From contig JBHLMI010000018.1 in assembly GCA_048938295.1 (NCBI GenBank), forward strand, positions 1 through 32,000: DNA of 32,000 nucleotides. Reading direction: 5' to 3'. The translations under genes were made by a program, and so were the position numbers. This stretch comes from Promethearchaeota archaeon (lineage in GTDB: Archaea; Asgardarchaeota; Hermodarchaeia; Hermodarchaeales; Hermodarchaeaceae). A model generated the notes under the pieces. It had not been told where the DNA came from and did no database searches. It saw nothing but the letters and a program-made list of their open reading frames with translations. Below are positions 25,980 to 32,000 of this stretch, one piece after another; position 1 is the first letter of the stretch; the number at the start of each line of letters is the position of its first letter.

Positions 25980-27476
25980 TTGACCCGTGACTTGGAACGT
26001 CTTTTAGAAACCGCAGATTCGGCGGCAAGCCGTATCAACGACTGGATTGAAGCCAATGAACCAATTTTTGTGACTTCTCACCTAGATGCAGATGGCCTAT
26101 CTGCTGCAGGCATTATCGGTTCCACGTTAACTCGCCGAAACACTCCTTTCCAATTACGAATCGCCCGTCAACTCGATGATGTCTACTTATCAGAAATTTC
26201 CGGGAAGGGCTGTAACCACTACATCTTCTGTGACCTCGGGAGTGGACAGTTACCACAAATTACAAAGGTAGTAGGCGATGCGGAGATTATCATATTAGAT
26301 CATCATCCTCCCGGATCGATGAAGGTTCCTTCTAATATCCGCCAAGTGAATCCGCATGAGTGTGGATTTGATGCCACCTACGAAATCTCCGGTGCAGGAG
26401 TTGCCTATCTCGTCTCCCGCCACCTCGGCGGCTCAAATGAAGATCTAGCGGCATTAGCGGTGGTAGGCGCTTTAGGTGATGTTCAAGATCGTGGAAAGCA
26501 ACACGACTTTGTCGGATTAAACAAAGAAATCATCGTTGAAGATGCCATCGCAGCTGGCGTCATCGATCGATCCATTGATCTGCGAATCTTTGGACGAGAA
26601 ACCCGACCAATCCATATCGCCTTACAATACACAAGTGACCCTTACATACCAGGGATTAGCAACGATGCCGAAGGGGCTTTGAATTTTTTAGCTGATCTCG
26701 ACATTGATCTCCGTGAAGGTGATGAGTGGCGTTCAATCGCCTCCCTCTCCAAAGACGAAAAGCGGAAACTCAACTCATCGCTTGTCACCTATATGCTCAA
26801 ACAGAATATTCCACCACGCGAAGCCCAATCACTGATTGGCGTAGTATTCACACTCCTTCAGGAAGAGAAGGGGAGCTATCTTCGTGACGCTCGCATGTTT
26901 TCCACTCTGCTCAATTCCACAGGACGCTCCAATCAAGGCAGCATTGGCGTTGCCGTGTGCATGGGTGATCGAGGTGCCCTTCTTCGAAAGGCTGAAACTA
27001 TCCTCAAAGAATATCGGGAACAACTCGCCTTGGGCCTTCAATGGTTAACTGATGATCCTACAGCGATTAAGAAACTGAAACTCATTCAAACCTTTCATGC
27101 TGAAGGTCGTGTTCCTGACACCATCGTGGGCTCAATTGCTGGTATGGCATTGAACGCACGGCTGATCGATTGGACAAAACCAATTATTGCCTTTGTGTAT
27201 TCTCGAGAAGGACATGTCAAGGTCTCGGGGCGCACAACACGACAAATCGTAGAGGCTGGAGCAGACCTCGGCGAAGCCATGTCACAAGCCGCTGAAGAAA
27301 TCGGTAGCGGAGCGGTCGGTGGTGGACACAACATTGCTGCAGGCGCAACGATTCCGCGAGGCCAAGAAGAGCGATTCTTGGAGATAATTGAACGCATTCT
27401 CCGGAAACAAATGGGGCGAATGAAAGAGGTGACTCCTGACTCAGAGGAGAGTGCGAATGAGGAAACAATTAAATAG
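25980..27476 (+). CDS. RecJ/Cdc45-like DHH family nuclease (GAN-like), TTG start
   Basis: SHLDADGLSA, DLGSG, ILDHH, GALGD, FSTLLNSTGR, KVSGR and GGGHNIAAGA. Confidence 0.9.
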   Translation: MTRDLERLLETADSAASRINDWIEANEPIFVTSHLDADGLSAAGIIGSTLTRRNTPFQLRIARQLDDVYLSEISGKGCNHYIFCDLGSGQLPQITKVVGDAEIIILDHHPPGSMKVPSNIRQVNPHECGFDATYEISGAGVAYLVSRHLGGSNEDLAALAVVGALGDVQDRGKQHDFVGLNKEIIVEDAIAAGVIDRSIDLRIFGRETRPIHIALQYTSDPYIPGISNDAEGALNFLADLDIDLREGDEWRSIASLSKDEKRKLNSSLVTYMLKQNIPPREAQSLIGVVFTLLQEEKGSYLRDARMFSTLLNSTGRSNQGSIGVAVCMGDRGALLRKAETILKEYREQLALGLQWLTDDPTAIKKLKLIQTFHAEGRVPDTIVGSIAGMALNARLIDWTKPIIAFVYSREGHVKVSGRTTRQIVEAGADLGEAMSQAAEEIGSGAVGGGHNIAAGATIPRGQEERFLEIIERILRKQMGRMKEVTPDSEESANEETIK

Positions 27477-27538
27477 CCGAGTCTGATTTTGCCCTTCACG
27501 CTTCACGAAAGCGACTATCCTTCAAAAGGTAACGAACC

Positions 27539-28132
27539 ATGAGCCGACAATCTCGAGTTCGCGATAAGTGGCGCGAAAAACACTGGTATACAATGGTGGC
27601 CCCCTCCTCCTTTGGAAATATAGAAATTGGGGATACCCCTTCAGGCAACGCTAAAACCCTAGTGGGTCGTAAAGTGGAGACCACACTCTATGCCATCTCA
27701 GGCGACTTTAATCAAATCCATATCAAACTCTACTTCCAGATCAATGAAGTAAAAGGTGATAAAGCCTACACCCACTTTTCTGGTCATGATTTCTCTCGTG
27801 ACTATCTCCGCAGCCTCGTCCGCCGAGGAAGCAGCCGCATCGATGGTATATTTGATGTCACAACCAAAGATGGCTACCAGATTCGAATTTATGCCATAGC
27901 CTTTCCAGTTCGCCGCGCCAAAGCAACGCAACAATCTGCTATTCGTGAAGTCATGGAAAAAGTTATTACAAAACGCGCAAAACGCCTTAACTTCGATGCC
28001 TTCATCCAAGAATGTGTTCTTGGTAAAATCGGTAGTGACATCTACAACAAGGCGAAGACCATTTTTCCACTGCGAAAAAGCGAGATCCGAAAAAGCAAGT
28101 TACTCACCCAACCGGCCGCAGCGGCTAGCTAG
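27539..28132 (+). CDS. rps3ae: 30S ribosomal protein S3Ae
   Basis: RVRDKWREKHWY, GRKVETTL, RDYLRSLVRRGSSRID and IFPLRKSEIRK. Confidence 0.97.
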   Translation: MSRQSRVRDKWREKHWYTMVAPSSFGNIEIGDTPSGNAKTLVGRKVETTLYAISGDFNQIHIKLYFQINEVKGDKAYTHFSGHDFSRDYLRSLVRRGSSRIDGIFDVTTKDGYQIRIYAIAFPVRRAKATQQSAIREVMEKVITKRAKRLNFDAFIQECVLGKIGSDIYNKAKTIFPLRKSEIRKSKLLTQPAAAAS

Positions 28133-28380
28133 ACTCAGTCGCCATTTGCAGAGTAAGGTTCCATTCTTCCATGTGTTGGTTATAAGAAGCGATAATACCA
28201 CCTTTAAGCGCGCGCATGTTATGGAGATATTAGCCGCTTTTTATACAACCTTGAAATCAATTCTCTGACTTAAGAATGAGGTTTGAAAGTAAGGGCTTTA
28301 GAGCGAGCCTGGCTTCTTTTTTTGAAGCGATTTAAAACAGTATTCTACGAAAGCTGACCGGTAAGGCTTATTAATAATAG

Positions 28381-28695
28381 ATGCGCCAAGTGGCTAGGGT
28401 CTGGCTTACTATGTTTGCTCGAACACTCCAGCGGCAGGGTTTTTGGAAAGCCCGAAATGTAGAGAACGAATCCGGGCGGCGGATCTTTCTGAAGCATGAT
28501 CTGTACCTAGGTGGTATCTACGTGGAGGTAATGAACCGTGTTGCGGTTCTCCGGATTACCGAGTTAGGGATCGTTCGTGTCTTCAAGCGAGCTAAAGCTC
28601 TCAGAACATTCTTAGCGGAGCTTGAAGCCATGAAAGGTCGGATTGCGGTGGAATCACCTTCCCTCCATTCCCTTGTACAGCTCTCCAGCGAGTAG
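28381..28695 (+). CDS. Small basic hypothetical protein (start may be ATG 28411)
   Basis: Fills the intergenic gap and is preceded by a TATA-like TTATTAAT (28368-75); I recognise no family. Confidence 0.55.
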   Translation: MRQVARVWLTMFARTLQRQGFWKARNVENESGRRIFLKHDLYLGGIYVEVMNRVAVLRITELGIVRVFKRAKALRTFLAELEAMKGRIAVESPSLHSLVQLSSE

Positions 28696-28848
28696 ACGCC
28701 CGTTTCCTTTCTTTCATTGTATCATGTTCCACATTGGGGTTACTCCTCGAATTCCATTCAAGGCAGAATATTTTTGTAGCGTTGCTTCTGGGCTAGAGGG
28801 AAAACCATTATGTCTTAACCTTTGAAGACACCGAAAGGTGAAAAGAAA

Positions 28849-30408
28849 ATGCCGCTGCAATTTCGGGAGCGCAATGTTGTGAAGAAAGACTGGCGAAAGG
28901 TTCAGCTGCGTATCGCATTGTGTTATCCGAACGTGTATCGTGTTGGCATGACGAGTCTTGCTGTGCAGTTATTGTATGCTCAGTTCAATGCTGATCCAGC
29001 GGTTGCGTGTGAGCGAGTCTTTTATGTTCCAGGGGAGGCGCCTCGGTCGCTTGAGTCGGGGCAGCCTCTTTCTGAGTTTGACGTGGTGGCGTTTTCTCTT
29101 CAGTTTGAAACCGATTTCGTCCATGCAGTTGAGATGCTGGTTCGATCAGGAGTTCCACCGCTGGCAATAAAGCGAAAGCGTCCTTGGGTGTTGGTTGGAG
29201 GTCCCTGTGCCCTTTCGAATCCCTTTCCTCTCCTTCCTTTCATCGATGTGGTACAAGTTGGAGATATTGAACCGGTCTACACCCAGCTGCTCGATGCCCT
29301 TCTCAATACTAAATCCCTTGAAGATCTGAATGTCCGGTTGGATAACCGCTTTTTATTATCAGAAAGGGCTCAAGCGACGCGAGCCTATATCGCTGATCTT
29401 GATTCAGCGTTTCATCCTACTTGTCAAGTGTTACCGGACCCGCCATTTCCTGCAGAGCTTGAACCGACCTTTGGGCAGAGCCTTTTAGTTGAAATTTCTC
29501 GGGGATGTGATCGACGCTGCAACTTTTGTATGACTGGCTATCAAAATAGTCCGTGTCGCGAACGCACATTGAGTACGCTGAATCGCCTTATCGATGAAGG
29601 AACCCGGTGCACCGTAGTAGATAAGGTAGCTTTGTTGGCCTCAGGATTTATTGACCATTCAGCACTCATCCCACTTCTTACAGCGATTGTAGATGAGGGG
29701 CATCAACTCTCTGTTCCTTCACTTCGCGCTGATCTCTCAGATCCGGAAATTCTTCCACTGATTTTCCAAGGTGGACAACGCACGCTTACCTTTGCTCCCG
29801 AGGCGGGCTCAGAGCACCTTCGATCGCTCATCGGAAAATCTATCCCCGATGACACCTTTCTGCAGGCTTTTGAATTCGCATTGGATGCAGGCTTTTCACA
29901 GTTCAAACTCTATTTTATGGTGGGGTTGCCCACCGAGACCGATGATGATGTGGCTGCGATTTACGATTTTTGCCTTCGGTTACTAGCCTTAGCTGACAGG
30001 AGTCATCGTATCCACGTGAGCGTGTCACCTTTCATCCCTAAACCGCATACTCCATACCAATGGTTGGGTTTAACCCCGCTTAAAATATTGAAGAGGCGAC
30101 TGCAAATTCTGGAAGGTCTTGGTCGTTATGGACGCATCCAACTTGACTTGCCTAATCCTCGATGGGCGGTTATACAAACCGTCTTATCTCGGGGGTCAAG
30201 TGAACTAGCTCCATTGCTACTTGAAGTAGCACAACATGATCAAATTACCGCGGGTACATGGCTCCAAACCGGAAAACAACTCGGATTGAATCTCGAATCC
30301 CTGGCAACCGCTGATTACTCTACGGATACGACATTTAGTTGGGAAAGAATCGATGTGGGCATCAATCGCAATATTTTATTGCGACGGTTTAGGAATCTTG
30401 ACCAGTAA
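28849..30408 (+). CDS. Radical SAM protein (COG1032-like; N-terminal B12-binding-like region)
   Basis: SRGCDRRCNFC (CxxxCxxC), YPNVY..GM, GGPC, PSLRAD, TFAPEAG and YFMVGLPTE; ATG 7 nt after GGTGA. Confidence 0.88.
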   Translation: MPLQFRERNVVKKDWRKVQLRIALCYPNVYRVGMTSLAVQLLYAQFNADPAVACERVFYVPGEAPRSLESGQPLSEFDVVAFSLQFETDFVHAVEMLVRSGVPPLAIKRKRPWVLVGGPCALSNPFPLLPFIDVVQVGDIEPVYTQLLDALLNTKSLEDLNVRLDNRFLLSERAQATRAYIADLDSAFHPTCQVLPDPPFPAELEPTFGQSLLVEISRGCDRRCNFCMTGYQNSPCRERTLSTLNRLIDEGTRCTVVDKVALLASGFIDHSALIPLLTAIVDEGHQLSVPSLRADLSDPEILPLIFQGGQRTLTFAPEAGSEHLRSLIGKSIPDDTFLQAFEFALDAGFSQFKLYFMVGLPTETDDDVAAIYDFCLRLLALADRSHRIHVSVSPFIPKPHTPYQWLGLTPLKILKRRLQILEGLGRYGRIQLDLPNPRWAVIQTVLSRGSSELAPLLLEVAQHDQITAGTWLQTGKQLGLNLESLATADYSTDTTFSWERIDVGINRNILLRRFRNLDQ

Positions 30409-30438
30409 TAGATCACGATCCTGGTTCGGGACCATATT

Positions 30439-30879
30439 ATGGTATCGAAACGAAAAGAAACCAAGAAAGAAAAGACTCTAGCTCCATCGGAGATACCTAA
30501 TGAAGCTGAAGAGGGAACGGATCCTGAGTGTGAGGATTTATCTGAAAAGATCTTAGAGCGTCTACCACACCTGGCAAACGAGGTAAAATCCTCTGGACCC
30601 GGTGTCCGAGTTGGGGGGGTACGGTGGGAAGAGACAGATCGAACTCGCCAACCGGTAAAGATAGGAGAAAACCGGTTTTCTGGGCATTCACCAGATGTGA
30701 TTGATTTTATACGACGTTGTTCCTCCGAGGATGAAGCCTTGGAAATCATCAACTTCTTAGAAAGGCGGGGCGAAATCAAAACCCATCATGCTAAAGAGCT
30801 TCGGGACCAATTGCGACGTCGTGGTGTGCGAAGCTTTGGAACCCAAAAAAGATGGGGCCATTATGAACGCGAGGGCTAG
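30439..30879 (+). CDS. DUF2095-family archaeal protein
   Basis: PDVIDFIRRC..EDEALEIINFLERRGEI...GVRSFG..K.WGHYER. Confidence 0.75.
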   Translation: MVSKRKETKKEKTLAPSEIPNEAEEGTDPECEDLSEKILERLPHLANEVKSSGPGVRVGGVRWEETDRTRQPVKIGENRFSGHSPDVIDFIRRCSSEDEALEIINFLERRGEIKTHHAKELRDQLRRRGVRSFGTQKRWGHYEREG

Positions 30880-30880
30880 C

Positions 30881-31999
30881 TCAGTGAGTGGCTCCTGCTG
30901 CCACGATGCGGACAACATCGTTGGCTTGTAGTTCATAATTTTCAGCTACACGTTTTTTGGTTCGGGCATCAAGGGCATGGATGAAAGTATCTCCTAACTC
31001 AGTGTGGATTTTGTAGGCAAGTTGTCGAGCGGTGGTTCCTTTGGGAACCAGATAGACATCCGGAAGGACGTTGCCATCATGATCTGAGAGCTTTCCCGCA
31101 TCTTCAACCGGATAGACTGGAATGAGTTGAAGGACGTCGAAGACCACCGTATTCAAGACTTGTTGAACCCCCGTTGACCCATACCGGTCCAAAATCTCTG
31201 ATTGTAATCGTTGTAATTGAGATTGCTCCTTCTCTCCTAGCTCATTGGGAGCTAAGATCTCGAAGCGAGATCCGCCTGGTTGATAGGAAATAATGCCTTT
31301 TTCACTCAGATTACGGAGTATAAATTCCCCTGCGGCAGTACATGGAATCACAATTTCATCAGTGAGTTCACGTAGCGCCTCCAAGTGGTGGGCAGCCATT
31401 GGGCGGTCAATTTTGTTCGCTGCAATTACCATAGGCTTTGCGCGTCGTCGTAGATAACTTACAAATCTTTCAAGCTCCTCCTCCGTCCATTCGGTTGGTT
31501 TCGTGGTTGGCAGTTCAGCATCGAGAATGGCGTTTTTAATCACCTGCTCGCTAATTTGAAGTCCTGAGAGTCTTTCAGCTAGCAGGGTACTGATTTTCAG
31601 TTTCTCCGTTTCAGCTGTCCGTGAAATTCGCCGCCAGTCTCGTTGCAGAATTTGGACTAGCCACATGGTGATTTCTCGTTCAAGAAACTCAACATCCTGA
31701 CGGGGATCCCAAGTTCCGGGTTCTACATCCTGCCCCTCCGCATTCAAGGACCCTGATGTATCTATGACATGGATGAAGGCATCCGCGCGACTTAGGTCAC
31801 TAAGAAACTCGTTACCTCGGCCCCGTCCAAGGTGGGCATCAGGAACAAGGCCTGCAACATCTAGCATATCGATGGGGATAAGGCGGACCCCCTCGCGGCA
31901 TACCGAATTCTTGGCATTGCAGGTAACCTCAAATTCCTGACAAAGGCAATCGACGCGAACATAGGCAGTTCCTGGGTTCGGGTCGATAGTGGTGAATGG
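30881..31999 (-). CDS. ychF: YchF/Obg-family ATPase (5' end outside window)
   Basis: Frame extends to the window edge: PFTTIDPN..., DVAGLVPDAH.GRG.GNEFL, HVID, AANKID and the TGS domain AYKIHTELG. Confidence 0.94.
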   Translation of the reverse strand, partial: PFTTIDPNPGTAYVRVDCLCQEFEVTCNAKNSVCREGVRLIPIDMLDVAGLVPDAHLGRGRGNEFLSDLSRADAFIHVIDTSGSLNAEGQDVEPGTWDPRQDVEFLEREITMWLVQILQRDWRRISRTAETEKLKISTLLAERLSGLQISEQVIKNAILDAELPTTKPTEWTEEELERFVSYLRRRAKPMVIAANKIDRPMAAHHLEALRELTDEIVIPCTAAGEFILRNLSEKGIISYQPGGSRFEILAPNELGEKEQSQLQRLQSEILDRYGSTGVQQVLNTVVFDVLQLIPVYPVEDAGKLSDHDGNVLPDVYLVPKGTTARQLAYKIHTELGDTFIHALDARTKKRVAENYELQANDVVRIVAAGATH

Positions 32000-32000
32000 G

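Noticed and set aside
27945-28268. ORF whose tail (LVIRSDNTTFKRA...) faintly recalls Pcc1
   Set aside because: It overlaps rps3ae for about 60 codons, the motif spacing does not fit, and there is no SD or start in the free part.
1-32000. CRISPR arrays, IS elements, integrases, rRNA genes, additional tRNAs
   Set aside because: No repeat-spacer periodicity, transposase motif or further cloverleaf was found, and the intergenic gaps are too short and are accounted for.

Overview
This is an archaeal chromosome segment. A TACK/Asgard-type lineage is my impression from the protein sequences, but the exact taxon cannot be fixed from sequence alone. It is almost entirely the conserved ribosomal/RNA-polymerase superoperon: secY(partial)-adk-DUF106-cmk-L14e-cbf5, tRNA-Ser(GGA), S13-S4-S11-rpoD-L18e-L13-S9-rpoN-S2, a mevalonate-pathway block (mvk, UbiD-type decarboxylase, AcnX large and small subunits, fni), L7Ae-S28e-L24e, an inverted ndk, aIF5B-S6e-aIF2g-PIN-rpoE'-spt4-DUF359-S24e-S27ae-kae1-bud32-ITPase-S15-RecJ-like-S3Ae, an orphan ORF, a radical SAM gene, DUF2095 and ychF(partial). 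The ORF track misses two main things. (1) cbf5 is split by a 40-nt frame-breaking insert (3456-3495) bounded by a bulge-helix-bulge motif. Removing it at the canonical cut sites restores the motif NLD|KPPGPTSHEV, so it is a candidate tRNA-type intron in an mRNA. (2) Three core genes have no in-frame AUG/GUG/UUG that preserves the conserved N-terminus. Each instead has a near-cognate codon at normal Shine-Dalgarno spacing: cbf5 CTG, rpoE' ATC, rps27ae ACG. About 9 further genes start with TTG. Other points are a kink-turn/alternative-stem leader over the L7Ae SD, a structured region upstream of S15, a palindrome upstream of the mevalonate block, a kinetoplastid-like mevalonate kinase, and long charged tails on RpoD and several ribosomal proteins. 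No mobile elements or CRISPR arrays were seen. All structures and alignments were done by eye, and family comparisons are from memory.
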